A stretch of 40,848 nucleotides of DNA from Candidatus Hydrothermarchaeales archaeon (GCA_036446635.1 JAZFTJ010000110.1:1-40848), one strand, 5' to 3'. Positions 10,828-20,389 are shown, numbered from the stretch's first letter. Translations and numbers: made by a program. Notes: generated from the letters alone by a model not told the origin.

Positions 10828-10879
10828 TAGGGTCGATTTGAAGGATTGACCCTATGATAGTGGGAGGCCACAAGCCCAC
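10828..10879 (-). terminator. Two short hairpins followed on the minus strand by a T-rich tract, just downstream of the 10893 stop
   Basis: TAGGGTC(10828-10834)/GACCCTA(10848-10854) and GTGGG(10860-10864)/CCCAC(10875-10879). The plus strand to the left is A-rich (aaaataaaaagagaaaat), which gives oligo-T on the minus strand. Confidence 0.35.
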
Positions 10880-10892
10880 TTTGATTTACATT

Positions 10893-12362
10893 TTAGATTC
10901 TGCTTCTTTTTTTCTCTTCAGTCTTGGTCTCTGACTCATCTTTTTTTTCTGTCTCTTTTGGTATCTCTGTCTCAGCGGGTTTCACGGTTTCTTCTGGCGT
11001 TTCCTCTGTTTTCTTCTCTTCGACTTTTTCTGCTTCCTCAGGTTTTTCTGTTGTCGGGGGTGCTTCTGTCTCTACAGGTTTTTCAGAGTCATCTGTTTTT
11101 TCTTCTTCAGTTTTTGTTTCTGCTTCTTCTACTTTGGTTGCTGTTGGCTCTTCTTCCTTACGTGTTTCTTCTCTCTCTGCTTCTTCCTCCTCTTCCTTTC
11201 CTATATCGATTTTTCTGGCTTTTCTCTCTGACTTATTCCCGATCTCAAAGCTCTGTTTTCCACGAAGTTCCTTTTTTTCTTTAAATTTTATAACTTTTTC
11301 AACCTCCTCCATAGTCAAACCAGTTTTACTTGCTATCTCCGATACTATCTCGCCCCTGTTTGTCGTGTCGAGACTAAATTTCATCTCGTCATCGTCTAAT
11401 TCTACCTTCACCGTACTTTGATCATTTACTATCTTTACCGTTATCTCTATTTCCTGTTCTTCTTCCTCCACCTCTTCCAAATCTTCAGTTTCTCTTTCTA
11501 TTAATCTTTTGGCGTTTTTTGCCAAATGCTCAGTAGCAGTAGCTTGACCAAAACTTGCACCGTATTCCCCTTCCGCAAAGAGTCTTTCAGCGTCTTCCAA
11601 TTTAGATTCTGCTTCACTAAGCAACTGGTCTAAACCTGGTACATCTGTGATGTTCTTTTCCGATATCTCTTCCGTTACTTCTGCTATCTCCTCTCTGGCA
11701 TCTTCTATCTGGTCTTCAGCCCGCTCTTTTCTGAACTCCGTAAGCCCTTTCTTTTTCTCTATTTCCTTGATCTCATCTTCTATCTCTACGTCGCTTTTTC
11801 CTGTTTCTATCTTGATTTTCGTCTTTGTCCTTCCTTTTTTATTATCTATCTCTATTTTGACTTTTCCTGTTTGGTTTTCTAGACTGCCTAATATAGAATC
11901 GATCATGGCTTGCTGCTCTGCGGTGACATCTCCCTTGATCTTTATCTTGACTTTTAGCTCTCCTCTAATCATTTCAATTTTGGTCCGATGTTCCTCGAGC
12001 TTCTTTTCTATCTCTATTTCGTCTTCGATCTCTTCGGTTGAGTTCGCTCTTTCTAAACCTCTAACGGCAGATGTTACCGTGCCTAGAACATTCGAGTGCT
12101 CCCTTTGAGCCCTCTGCATCGCTTCTAGTTTGTTCTCTTCTGCCATCTTTTTTACTTCTAAAAGCCTCTCTTCTGCGATCTTCAATCCCTTCTTTGCCTT
12201 GGCTCCTCTGTCAAATGTCAAAAGGAGTGATATTTGATCTAAAGCAACGTCTAATCCATACAGAAAAGAATCAGGCGTGATTCCCGCCTCCGCCTCCTCC
12301 TGCGCATATACGGGCGCCATTGTCAACATCAAGATACAAAGCACAATTGCAATACTCTTCAT
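10893..12362 (-). CDS. Secreted Glu/Lys-rich protein with a DUF5667-like N-terminal domain
   Basis: Signal peptide MKSIAIVLCILMLTMAPVYAQE. The motif ITPDSFLYGLDVALDQI resembles the DUF5667 signature. The rest is highly charged coiled-coil or low-complexity sequence with an acidic PT/E-rich tail. Confidence 0.6.
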   Translation of the reverse strand: MKSIAIVLCILMLTMAPVYAQEEAEAGITPDSFLYGLDVALDQISLLLTFDRGAKAKKGLKIAEERLLEVKKMAEENKLEAMQRAQREHSNVLGTVTSAVRGLERANSTEEIEDEIEIEKKLEEHRTKIEMIRGELKVKIKIKGDVTAEQQAMIDSILGSLENQTGKVKIEIDNKKGRTKTKIKIETGKSDVEIEDEIKEIEKKKGLTEFRKERAEDQIEDAREEIAEVTEEISEKNITDVPGLDQLLSEAESKLEDAERLFAEGEYGASFGQATATEHLAKNAKRLIERETEDLEEVEEEEQEIEITVKIVNDQSTVKVELDDDEMKFSLDTTNRGEIVSEIASKTGLTMEEVEKVIKFKEKKELRGKQSFEIGNKSERKARKIDIGKEEEEEAEREETRKEEEPTATKVEEAETKTEEEKTDDSEKPVETEAPPTTEKPEEAEKVEEKKTEETPEETVKPAETEIPKETEKKDESETKTEEKKRSRI

Positions 12363-12432
12363 CTTTAATCACCTCGCAACAAATTATACGGTTTCAATAG
12401 CTTAAAATTACTGTGAAACTGTTATGAAACCG

Positions 12433-13278
12433 TTAGATCTTCAAAAAGAGCTTGTTCCTCTTACCATGTTTCTTTTTCTCGACCAATCCCTTCTCCTCCA
12501 ACTTTTGGACTATGCGCGTCATCTTTACCTTAGAGACATCTATCTCTCCCCGAATCTCGTGCTGATAAGCATCTTTTCGTTCTAAAAGAAGTTCAATGAC
12601 TTTCCGCTCACCCTTGCCAAGACCCCTTAAAAACAGGTCTCTCTTCCTTCTCTTCATATAAAATATATACAAAAGAGCTCCGAGGAGGATTATTAAAGAG
12701 ATCAAATATGGGAGGTAAGATCTCTTGGGCAAGCCATATGCAACTGAGTATGTGACTTCGTCTCCAGCTTTGAAATTATTTCGCTTCCAGAGAACATGGT
12801 ATCTATTGTCTTCGATGAATTGTCTATCTGGAGTGGGGAATATACTATAACCGTCCTCTGTGGAGATGGGCAAAGCATGCTCAGGTAAGACAGCTGAGAG
12901 GGAGAAATCTCTCACATCCACTGGAAACCGCAACTTAAACAGCGCCTCGGTCTCCCCGTCTTTCCTCAGAAGGGGAGAACTGGTAGAGAATGAGAGCTTC
13001 AAGTGACTCTTATCGGAGAGATTCGAGATCACGACATAGGATTGGGGTCCCTTTTGAACACTATACGCTACCATTCCGTCTCTCGAAGTGGGTGATACAT
13101 GGTCGATATGCCCATCCACGACATAAGTAAGATCCGATATCCCGGAAAGAGTGATCTCCACCTCCTCATGGACCACTTCCCCCATTATATCAGCTTTTAT
13201 ATGGTATGTATGGAACTCTTGGGCAGCTGCAGGGGGCGATAGTAGAATAAAGATGAGTACAAGGTAAAAAATTTTCAT
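12433..13278 (-). CDS. Membrane-associated winged-HTH transcriptional regulator (COG2512-like): signal peptide, ectodomain, one TM, cytoplasmic wHTH
   Basis: N-terminal signal (MKIFYLVLIFILLSPPAAAQE), a TM segment (YLPYLISLIILLGALLYIFYM) and a C-terminal MarR/ArsR-like wHTH (ERKVIELLLERKDAYQHEIRGEIDVSKVKMTRIVQKLEEKGLV). Confidence 0.65.
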   Translation of the reverse strand: MKIFYLVLIFILLSPPAAAQEFHTYHIKADIMGEVVHEEVEITLSGISDLTYVVDGHIDHVSPTSRDGMVAYSVQKGPQSYVVISNLSDKSHLKLSFSTSSPLLRKDGETEALFKLRFPVDVRDFSLSAVLPEHALPISTEDGYSIFPTPDRQFIEDNRYHVLWKRNNFKAGDEVTYSVAYGLPKRSYLPYLISLIILLGALLYIFYMKRRKRDLFLRGLGKGERKVIELLLERKDAYQHEIRGEIDVSKVKMTRIVQKLEEKGLVEKKKHGKRNKLFLKI

Positions 13279-13366
13279 CTTAACACCAGTAATAGACTTC
13301 TTCTTCAGATATTTGAGTCTTCGCCTCCATATCTTCCGATCAAAGCCACAAATGTGCAGTCCTAGA

Positions 13367-13385
13367 AGGAAAAGTTCTTTTATAT
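13367..13385 (+). promoter_or_regulatory. Archaeal BRE/TATA-like element upstream of argD
   Basis: Purine-rich AGGAAAAG followed by TTTTATAT (13378-13385). It lies ~30 nt upstream of the ATG at 13413, which implies a very short leader. Confidence 0.4.
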
Positions 13386-13412
13386 CTACTGTAATTTACA
13401 ATTTGAGCTATA

Positions 13413-14585
13413 ATGGAATTGGAAGAACTCAATACTTTGGAAAAAAAATATCTTGCAGGGACTTATGGTAGACAGCCCATAGCCCTAGTCGAAGGTAGGG
13501 GTGCTGTAGTTAAAGACTCTGAAGGAAAGGAGTACATTGACTGTTTTGCCGGAATTGCGGTCCTTAATGTTGGTCATTCCCATCCAAAGGTTGTGGCGGC
13601 AGTGTCGGATCAGGCAAAAAAGATCATGCACACTTCCAATATCTATCATATCATTCCTCAGTTGGAGCTCGCAAAACTGTTGTTCGATGTGTCAAACGGA
13701 TACAGATCCTTCTTCTGCAACAGCGGGTCTGAGGCCAACGAGGCTGCTATTAAGCTTGTTAGAAAACACACTGGCAAAAGCGAGATCATAGCTGCTGAGA
13801 ACTCGTTTCATGGCAGATCTATACTTACCTTGAGCGCTACTGGGCAGGAGAAGTACAAGAAGGGGTTTGAGCCTTTGTGCAAAGAGTTCAAGCATGTTAA
13901 ATTCGGCGATGCTGAAGAGATCCGGGATAGGATCAGCTCTAAAACTGCGGCGGTCTTTCTTGAACCGATCCAGGGAGAAGGTGGGGTCATAGTACCTGGA
14001 GACGATTACCTTGGGAAAGTTCAAAAGATATGTGAAGACAACGAAATACTCTTTGTCTTGGACGAGGTTCAGACAGGGTTTGGCAGGGTAGGTAAGATGT
14101 TTGCCTGGCAATTATATAATATTGAGCCAGACATTTTCACAGTGGCCAAAGCTCTGGGCGGAGGATTTCCCATAGGCGCGATGCTTGCAAAGCCGGAAGT
14201 CATGGATGCGTTTGAAAAAGGCGATCATGCCTCGACCTTTGGAGGGACCCATATCGCAACTGCCGCAGCGAAGGCATCCATTGAGGCAATTTTGGAGGAA
14301 GACCTATGTCAACAGGCGAGAGAACTGGGCGGATATTTGATAAAAGAACTTGAAGGACTTAAAGAGAAATATGGCTTTGTCAGGGAAGTTAGGGGCAGAG
14401 GATTGATGGTGGGTATGGAACTAGACTTTAGTGGTCAGGATATTGTTGATAAAGCAAGGGAGAGAGGGGTTTTGATAAACTGCACACATGACAATGTTTT
14501 AAGATTTATGCCCCCCTTGGTTATTGAAAAAGAACAGTTGAAGACAGCGGTTGATGTCTTAGATGAGATCTTTGAGGCGGTCTAA
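13413..14585 (+). CDS. argD: Acetylornithine (or LysJ-type) aminotransferase, class III PLP
   Basis: 390 aa. Motifs GHSHPKVV, NSGSEANEAAIKL, LDEVQTGFGRVGKMFA and TFGG. Confidence 0.85.
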   Translation: MELEELNTLEKKYLAGTYGRQPIALVEGRGAVVKDSEGKEYIDCFAGIAVLNVGHSHPKVVAAVSDQAKKIMHTSNIYHIIPQLELAKLLFDVSNGYRSFFCNSGSEANEAAIKLVRKHTGKSEIIAAENSFHGRSILTLSATGQEKYKKGFEPLCKEFKHVKFGDAEEIRDRISSKTAAVFLEPIQGEGGVIVPGDDYLGKVQKICEDNEILFVLDEVQTGFGRVGKMFAWQLYNIEPDIFTVAKALGGGFPIGAMLAKPEVMDAFEKGDHASTFGGTHIATAAAKASIEAILEEDLCQQARELGGYLIKELEGLKEKYGFVREVRGRGLMVGMELDFSGQDIVDKARERGVLINCTHDNVLRFMPPLVIEKEQLKTAVDVLDEIFEAV

Positions 14586-15679
14586 TGCTTGAGAGATTTT
14601 TAAGAGAAGAGGTAATGGAGATTCCCCCCTATGTTCCGGGAAGATCTAAGGAGGATATAGCCAGGGAATATTCTTTAGATGAGGAATTGATAATCAAGCT
14701 TGCCTCTAATGAAAATCCTTTGGGGCCATCTTCAAGGGCTATTGAAGATGCTGCGAAGTCTCTTGGGGAGATTTCTGTTTATCCTGATCCATTGGCCAAT
14801 GAGCTGAGGGAATTGATCTCAGGCTATATCGGGCTGGACAGGGATATGATCATTGTCGGCAACGGTTCTGACGAGATAATGGAGCTTGTCTTTAAGACCT
14901 TTTTAAACCCCGGTGAGGAGGTAGTTATACCCCTACCTACTTTTTCATTATATGAAAGCTTGGCAAAGCTGTACTCTGGAAATCCTGTGCTTGTCTCGAC
15001 AGGTGAAGATTTTCAGTTTGATTGTGACAGAATATTGGAGAGTATTAACAACAGGACAAAGCTTGTTTTCGTCTGCTCTCCGAACAATCCGACGGGCAGC
15101 ATTATTTCTGAAAAAGACTTGAGAAAGCTTCTAGATAAAGACATCGTCGTGGTTCTGGACGAGGCATATGCTGAGTTTGCAGACTTCTCGCTTGTAGGCT
15201 TAGTATGTGAGTTTGAAAATCTTGTCGTGCTTAGGACTTTTTCAAAGGCTTTTGGTCTGGCAGGCTTGAGGGTGGGGTATGGTGTTGCCAATAAAGAGAT
15301 CATTGACTATATGCTTAGGATAAAGCCCCCCTTTAATGTGGGGGTGGTTGGCCAGCGTGCTGCTATGGGCGCGCTTAAGGATAGAGAACATTTGAACCAG
15401 AGCATATCCACTGCTAAGGAAGGTAGAGAGTTTCTATCTAGAGAACTTTCAAGTATGAGCGGGATAAGGGTCTATCCTTCCAAGGCGAATTTTCTTCTTA
15501 TAAGGCTTCTTGGAGAGAAGACAGCGACTGAGGTTACTGAGAGAATGTTTGTACAAGGAGTGATTACAAGAAATTGTAAGCACTTCAAAGGAATGGGCGA
15601 TGACTTCATTAGGATAAGCGTTGGAACATCGGAAGAAAACAGAAGATTCTTGGAGTGCTTCAAAGAAGCTGTGAGTTGA
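14585..15679 (+). CDS. hisC: Histidinol-phosphate aminotransferase
   Basis: 364 aa. Motifs ASNENPLGPS and RTFSKAFGLAGLRVGY. Its start overlaps the argD stop (TAATG). Confidence 0.85.
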   Translation: MLERFLREEVMEIPPYVPGRSKEDIAREYSLDEELIIKLASNENPLGPSSRAIEDAAKSLGEISVYPDPLANELRELISGYIGLDRDMIIVGNGSDEIMELVFKTFLNPGEEVVIPLPTFSLYESLAKLYSGNPVLVSTGEDFQFDCDRILESINNRTKLVFVCSPNNPTGSIISEKDLRKLLDKDIVVVLDEAYAEFADFSLVGLVCEFENLVVLRTFSKAFGLAGLRVGYGVANKEIIDYMLRIKPPFNVGVVGQRAAMGALKDREHLNQSISTAKEGREFLSRELSSMSGIRVYPSKANFLLIRLLGEKTATEVTERMFVQGVITRNCKHFKGMGDDFIRISVGTSEENRRFLECFKEAVS

Positions 15680-15687
15680 TAATTCTC

Positions 15688-16293
15688 ATGGGGCCTTTGA
15701 TCTTACTTGCTATCTATATCTCTTTTTTTGGAGCGGTTCACAGTTTCATGGCCGCCAGATGGTTTAAAAGCAGAGTATATAGATTTGTAGATCCTCAGCA
15801 TTATCGATTGATCTATTCGGTCCTAAGCGTATTATTGTTTATACCGATTCTAGTGGTTTGGGGATCGGGCAGAGATTCTTCGCCCCTCATCTTTGTCGTT
15901 TCTTATCCTTTTCGTTTGATATCGTATCTTGTCATGATCTCAGCTGTAGCTTTGTTTTTTTTGACAGCTTTGCAGATAGACTTTCTTGAATTTCTGGGAT
16001 TGAACGGCTTTTTTGGGAAAAAAGAGGAAGACTCGAAATTGATAACAGACGGTTTTTACCGCATTTGCAGACATCCGATGTATCTTTTTGCAATAATTGC
16101 CCTATGGGCGTTTCCTATGCTGAAACAGATAGACATGGTCGGCAATGGTTTCATAACTTTATATTTCATCCTTGGTGCCTGGCTTGAAGAGCAGAAGATG
16201 AGGGAAGATTTTGGCAGCGAATATCAGGAGTACAGGCAGAAGGTATCCATGTTTATACCGTTTAAGTGGTTTAAAAGGAAGTTAAAGAGATAG
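15688..16293 (+). CDS. Membrane methyltransferase of the ICMT / phospholipid methyltransferase family
   Basis: Multi-TM protein with DGFYRICRHPMY and a C-terminal EE...FG..Y..Y motif. I prefer the ATG at 15688 over the listed 15655 start, which would overlap hisC. Confidence 0.65.
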   Translation: MGPLILLAIYISFFGAVHSFMAARWFKSRVYRFVDPQHYRLIYSVLSVLLFIPILVVWGSGRDSSPLIFVVSYPFRLISYLVMISAVALFFLTALQIDFLEFLGLNGFFGKKEEDSKLITDGFYRICRHPMYLFAIIALWAFPMLKQIDMVGNGFITLYFILGAWLEEQKMREDFGSEYQEYRQKVSMFIPFKWFKRKLKR

Positions 16294-16294
16294 A

Positions 16295-16888
16295 TTATTT
16301 GACCAACACCACACGATCCATGGATAGTATATCCTCTTTATTGACAGTGGTGTTGAACTCGCCCCTTCCGACCTCGATCTCTTTTACATCGTCATCAGGA
16401 CCTAAAATTACCTCTTTCACATATCCTAAAAACTCCCCTTTCTCAGTGTAGACCTCTTTCTCTACCAAAGAATGTCTCTTAGTCCTCTCCTCTTTTACCA
16501 GAACCACATCGTCCCCTGCCAAGACATCCTCCGTTAGTACCACCTCCTCACCTTCCTCCTCATCCACAACAAAGGATTCGATGGTGCCTTCGGGAGCCTT
16601 CACTCTTTTAACACGTCCAAGGAATCTTCCAGTCTCTGTGTAGACCTCATATTCTGGGACCTTGATCAGTTTCTTCTCTATAAGAATCAGGGCAGTGCCG
16701 CTGATTATAAGGCTTATAGACGGGATCCAAAGTAGAAGAGCGACAGTCCAAACAGCGCCCCACCCAAAGGGAGGCTGGATAGAGGAAGAGAAAATGGACC
16801 TAACCAAATTGAAGAATTTTATGGGCACAAATGCAAAAGCGACTCCTAAAACTACATTGACAATGCCAATAATCCGGATAACTCTCAT
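16295..16888 (-). CDS. Membrane protein with two PRC-barrel-like repeats
   Basis: Two N-terminal TM segments, then an internal repeat: YEVYTETGRFLGRVKRVKAPEGTIESFVV and KEVYTEKGEFLGYVKEVILGPDDDVKEIEV. Confidence 0.5.
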   Translation of the reverse strand: MRVIRIIGIVNVVLGVAFAFVPIKFFNLVRSIFSSSIQPPFGWGAVWTVALLLWIPSISLIISGTALILIEKKLIKVPEYEVYTETGRFLGRVKRVKAPEGTIESFVVDEEEGEEVVLTEDVLAGDDVVLVKEERTKRHSLVEKEVYTEKGEFLGYVKEVILGPDDDVKEIEVGRGEFNTTVNKEDILSMDRVVLVK

Positions 16889-16935
16889 ATCTATCGTATT
16901 GGACTGTGTCCTCGTTGGTATAAAAATTTAACCGA

Positions 16936-17802
16936 TTAGGCAATGCTCATCTTCTCAAGTCTTGCCACTCTCTCGGGTGTTGGTGGATGTGTGCTGAACA
17001 ACTTCTTCATCATTCCGCTTTTTAGGGGATTTACGATAAACATGTGAGCGGTTGATGGATTTGCGTCCATAGGAATTGCGACTGCGCCGCGTTCCAGTTT
17101 CTGAAGGGCAGTAGCAAGATGGTGAGGGTTTCCGCATATCTTTGCACCGGCCTCATCGGCCACATACTCTCTGGACCTGGAGATTGCGAGTTGGACTATC
17201 ATTGCGGCTATGGGGGCCAATATGGCCAGCGCTAAGAAGGTAATAATATTCGAACCACCGCTATCCCTATCTCCTCCGAAACCGCCAAAGATAGCTGCCC
17301 ACCTTGCCCACATTGCGAGCATTGTTATCACACCGGCTATAGTCGCTGCTATTGCACTTATAAGGGTGTCTCTGTTTTTGACATGTGCCAGCTCATGGCC
17401 GAGAACGCCTTCTAACTCCTCCTTTGTCAATAACCTGAGGATGCCTGTAGTGGCTGCTACTGCTGCGTGTTCAGGGTCTCTTCCGGTGGCAAAGGCGTTT
17501 GGGGAGTTGTCGTTTACGATGTAGACCTTTGGCTTTGGAATATCCGCTCTTGTGGCAAGGTTCTCCACGATCTCATGTAGCTCAGGTGCCTCTGAAGGCG
17601 ACACCTCCCTTGCCTTGTACATCTTCAAGACGATGGTGTCGCTGTACCAGTAGCTTCCGAAGTTCATGATTATTGCAAAGAAGAACGCCAGTATCATGCC
17701 GCTGGTTCCTCCCATAATCTGACCAACCAAGACTAAAATCCCTGTCAACATTCCAAGGAGCAGGGTTGTCTTCAGCATCTTCATAGTATCACCTCGCGTC
17801 AA
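16936..17802 (-). CDS. htpX: Zinc metalloprotease HtpX (M48)
   Basis: [10 protein letters not shown] (HExxH), four TM segments and typical HtpX architecture. Confidence 0.9.
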   Translation of the reverse strand: MTRGDTMKMLKTTLLLGMLTGILVLVGQIMGGTSGMILAFFFAIIMNFGSYWYSDTIVLKMYKAREVSPSEAPELHEIVENLATRADIPKPKVYIVNDNSPNAFATGRDPEHAAVAATTGILRLLTKEELEGVLGHELAHVKNRDTLISAIAATIAGVITMLAMWARWAAIFGGFGGDRDSGGSNIITFLALAILAPIAAMIVQLAISRSREYVADEAGAKICGNPHHLATALQKLERGAVAIPMDANPSTAHMFIVNPLKSGMMKKLFSTHPPTPERVARLEKMSIA

Positions 17803-18190
17803 CTTCTTTATAATAAGGTTTGATATCTAAAATGGGTGTACCGTCAATGACATCAAGATATTTTACCTCTAGAGTATTCCCATTGATCTTTAAATTTTTA
17901 ACGTAAGAAATCCCAATTGGATTAGGCCTTCGGGGGCTTCGTGTGGTGAATATGTCTCTATTTTTGAGTTTTGACCAGAGCTGGGTTCTGTCTGACTGGT
18001 GCATCCAGTAGAGCACTATCAGATAATCATATTTCTTGATGCCCTCAAGGGCCTTGGTGTATTTGTCGAAGATTATGATCTTGGATGTCTTTTCGCTTTC
18101 AAAACCCTGCATCGGAGCGTTTTCTAAGCTGTATTCTGATCTGATAACTCCGATAGGTGTGAGTTTAAAAGAATTCCTCGCTCCAGTCAA
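17789..18190 (-). CDS. TsaA/TrmO-family tRNA (m6t6A37) methyltransferase-like protein
   Basis: [20 protein letters not shown] and [10 protein letters not shown] are the UPF0066/TsaA signatures. Confidence 0.8.
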   Translation of the reverse strand: MTGARNSFKLTPIGVIRSEYSLENAPMQGFESEKTSKIIIFDKYTKALEGIKKYDYLIVLYWMHQSDRTQLWSKLKNRDIFTTRSPRRPNPIGISYVKNLKINGNTLEVKYLDVIDGTPILDIKPYYKEVDAR

Positions 18191-18677
18191 ACTTTCCGGG
18201 TCTGAATTCGTCTGTTTTACCCCCTAAGATCTTGGTTATTGCTGTGGCTGTTTCTTCAGGGCTTTTTTCTGTTGTGTTTATTTCATATACCTCTCTATGG
18301 TTTTCCAAGGCCTCTATTAGACATACATCCAGTGCCTCTGCCTCAAGGTTTTCTTGGATCTTATCTTTTCCAAAGCCTCTTTCTTTCAATCTGCCTCTTA
18401 GTTCCTCTGGGTGTGTTCTTAGGACTATCACGATGTCTCCGAAGGGAAGTAGATGTGATAGATGCCCTTCTATGATTGTGTCCCCTTTTATCATATCCTG
18501 TAATTTATCCTGGAGTAGTTTCATATCCACTATATTGCTTCCTCTCTCTTCGTCCACCCCTGTATATATGCCTTCAAGGTCATTTATGGAGATAAGCTCT
18601 TTGTTGATCTTTTTCGAGAGAGATCTGACAGTGGAGGATTTCCCTGTCCCCGGGGTCCCTGTTATGAGGATTATCAT
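18165..18677 (-). CDS. Fap7/AK6-type adenylate kinase (ribosome maturation NTPase)
   Basis: MIILITGTPGTGKSS P-loop at the extreme N-terminus, and ~170 aa, typical of archaeal Fap7. Confidence 0.8.
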   Translation of the reverse strand: MIILITGTPGTGKSSTVRSLSKKINKELISINDLEGIYTGVDEERGSNIVDMKLLQDKLQDMIKGDTIIEGHLSHLLPFGDIVIVLRTHPEELRGRLKERGFGKDKIQENLEAEALDVCLIEALENHREVYEINTTEKSPEETATAITKILGGKTDEFRPGKFDWSEEFF

Positions 18678-19261
18678 TAAACCACAGGTGGGGGTTCTTC
18701 CTCTTTTAGCGCATGTCTCTGGTAGCCCATGACTTCCAAATCCCTGTAGATCATGGTCCTGGAGACACTGAATATATTAGCCACTCTGGCAACGTTTATT
18801 GATGAAGGATCGTCGTTGAACAACTCTAGGGCCTTCTTTATTCTTCGCCTCCTTAGTTCAGCGCTCTTGACCTCTTCTATGACATCCTCATTTATCGAGG
18901 CTACAATGGTTGTATACACTCTTCCTGGCAAAGGGCTGATGATGGATTTTACATATATGTCTGAGATCCTGCCATTTTTAGTCTTCATGATCTCGTTTAA
19001 TTTCTTTTCAGCTTTTTTCATTGAATGCTCTCTGCTCCAGCCTTTCTCGTTTACGCCGATTATCTCTTTGTGGAAAGGCTCGTCCCCATTTATTACCAGA
19101 GTGATGGTGACTGCTGCGCCTGATGGGCCGGCTGATATTTCACACTCTGTTTTGGTTATAAGCCCATCTATATTTTTGAGCTTCTCGTTCATTTCGGAGA
19201 TGATGGAGGTCAAAGCTTGGCCAACATCACTCTCGCTTTTTGATGTGCTAATAATCCTCAT
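18677..19261 (-). CDS. Conserved hypothetical protein with a C-terminal HTH
   Basis: 194 aa. The C-terminal INVARVANIFSVSRTMIYRDLEVMGY looks like an HTH. The stop abuts the Fap7 start. Confidence 0.5.
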   Translation of the reverse strand: MRIISTSKSESDVGQALTSIISEMNEKLKNIDGLITKTECEISAGPSGAAVTITLVINGDEPFHKEIIGVNEKGWSREHSMKKAEKKLNEIMKTKNGRISDIYVKSIISPLPGRVYTTIVASINEDVIEEVKSAELRRRRIKKALELFNDDPSSINVARVANIFSVSRTMIYRDLEVMGYQRHALKEEEPPPVV

Positions 19262-19307
19262 GGCTTTTATGCCCCTTGGGCCGATGTAGTATACTGTTAT
19301 TATGTAA

Positions 19308-19317
19308 TTATATATAA
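19308..19317. promoter_or_regulatory. AT-palindromic TATA-like element in a divergent intergenic region
   Basis: TTATATATAA lies between the minus-strand start at 19261 and the plus-strand start at 19375. Spacing is compatible with either direction. Confidence 0.35.
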
Positions 19318-19374
19318 TTGTGTTGTCTCATTCTTCTAGTTATATTCAAAGAATTGATTTTTGAAGGTGCTTTT

Positions 19375-20046
19375 ATGCTGGTAAGGCTGGGGCTATGCTT
19401 TGGATTATTGGTCTATGCGTCTTTTTTGGATTGGCGGTTTCGTGAGATAGATGATAAATCCTGGGTTTCGATGGTCGTTTTAGGCGTTCTTTTCCTTATC
19501 TTTGATTTTATCAGAACCGGGGGGGTCTCGCTTATATTGGGGTTCTTTATCTCTGTAGGTGTAGCAACGATATTTGCTGTTACCCTGAGTTACCTGAATA
19601 TAATGGGCGGTGGGGATGGGAAGATATTGATAGGAGTTGCTGCTTTAGTTCCGTCATTGAGCTATCCTACTATGACGGTCTTCCCGATTTTCATCTTTAG
19701 TGTCTACTTCGGAAACGCTGTTTTGCTGGCTGCTCTTTTTCCCGTTGTCTTTTTTATCTTGAATTTAGGGCATTTAAAGGGTGTCAAATCCTATAAGGGG
19801 TTTCTTGCGCTCTTTCTGGGCTATGAGAAAGATGCTGCGGATGTGGGAGAGTTTGAGGTCTTCTTGGGAAGAGATGGTTATTTTGAGTTGACACCGAACA
19901 AAGATGCTCTTGGTGAAAGAATAGAGGGTGAGGGAAGGGTCTGGGTTACTCCTGCCATCCCCTCTATTGTTTTGATAACTATTGGGTTTGTAATCTCTGT
20001 AGTTTACGGTGATATTTTGAGTCTTTTAATGCTCAGGTTGTTGTAG
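19375..20046 (+). CDS. A24-family prepilin/preflagellin peptidase (FlaK/PibD-like)
   Basis: First catalytic Asp context FLDWRFREIDDKSW and second in GGGDGK. Polytopic. The ATG at 19375 is preferred over the TTG at 19318, which sits inside the TATA element. Confidence 0.75.
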   Translation: MLVRLGLCFGLLVYASFLDWRFREIDDKSWVSMVVLGVLFLIFDFIRTGGVSLILGFFISVGVATIFAVTLSYLNIMGGGDGKILIGVAALVPSLSYPTMTVFPIFIFSVYFGNAVLLAALFPVVFFILNLGHLKGVKSYKGFLALFLGYEKDAADVGEFEVFLGRDGYFELTPNKDALGERIEGEGRVWVTPAIPSIVLITIGFVISVVYGDILSLLMLRLL

Positions 20047-20193
20047 CGAATTATTACTAGGTTAACATGAGCTTTTGATTGACTTTGAGGAATGTTTTGT
20101 CTTCACCATTCACCAATGCGGTAACAGCTATGTATCTGACTTCTAAGCTAAAAAAGCGCATCTAAATATGTTTCGGAATCTCTGAAGAATTAG

Positions 20194-20266
20194 TAGCCCG
20201 GAGCGGATTCGAACCGCTGTCTTCGGCTCCAAAGGCCGAAATGATTGACCGCTACACTACCGGGCT
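20194..20266 (-). tRNA. tRNA-Gln (anticodon UUG)
   Basis: Hand-folded cloverleaf: acceptor AGCCCGG/CCGGGCU, anticodon stem UCGGC/GCCGA, loop CUUUGGA, T-loop UUCGAAU. No encoded CCA. Confidence 0.9.
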
Positions 20267-20316
20267 TCACAAAGATTTATTACCCGAACCCGCCCATATA
20301 TGTTTTGAATAATTGG

Positions 20317-20389
20317 TAGCCCGGAGCGGATTCGAACCGCCGTCGCAGGATCCAGAGTCCCACATGATTGACCGCTACACTACCGGGCT
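20317..20389 (-). tRNA. tRNA-Gln (anticodon CUG)
   Basis: Same acceptor and T-arm as the neighbour. Anticodon loop CUCUGGA. CCA is encoded immediately 3' (20314-20316). Confidence 0.88.

Noticed and set aside
10924-12108. Several long plus-strand ORFs (165, 108 and 153 aa) rich in Ser/Phe/Leu
   Set aside because: They are the antisense reading of GAA/AAG-rich codons from the Glu/Lys-rich minus-strand gene. The apparent DNA repetitiveness here is low-complexity coding sequence, not a tandem repeat or a CRISPR array.
15655-15687. Upstream start (15655) for the ICMT-like methyltransferase
   Set aside because: It would overlap hisC by 25 nt and add a non-hydrophobic MLQRSCELIIL peptide. The ATG at 15688 starts directly at the first TM helix.
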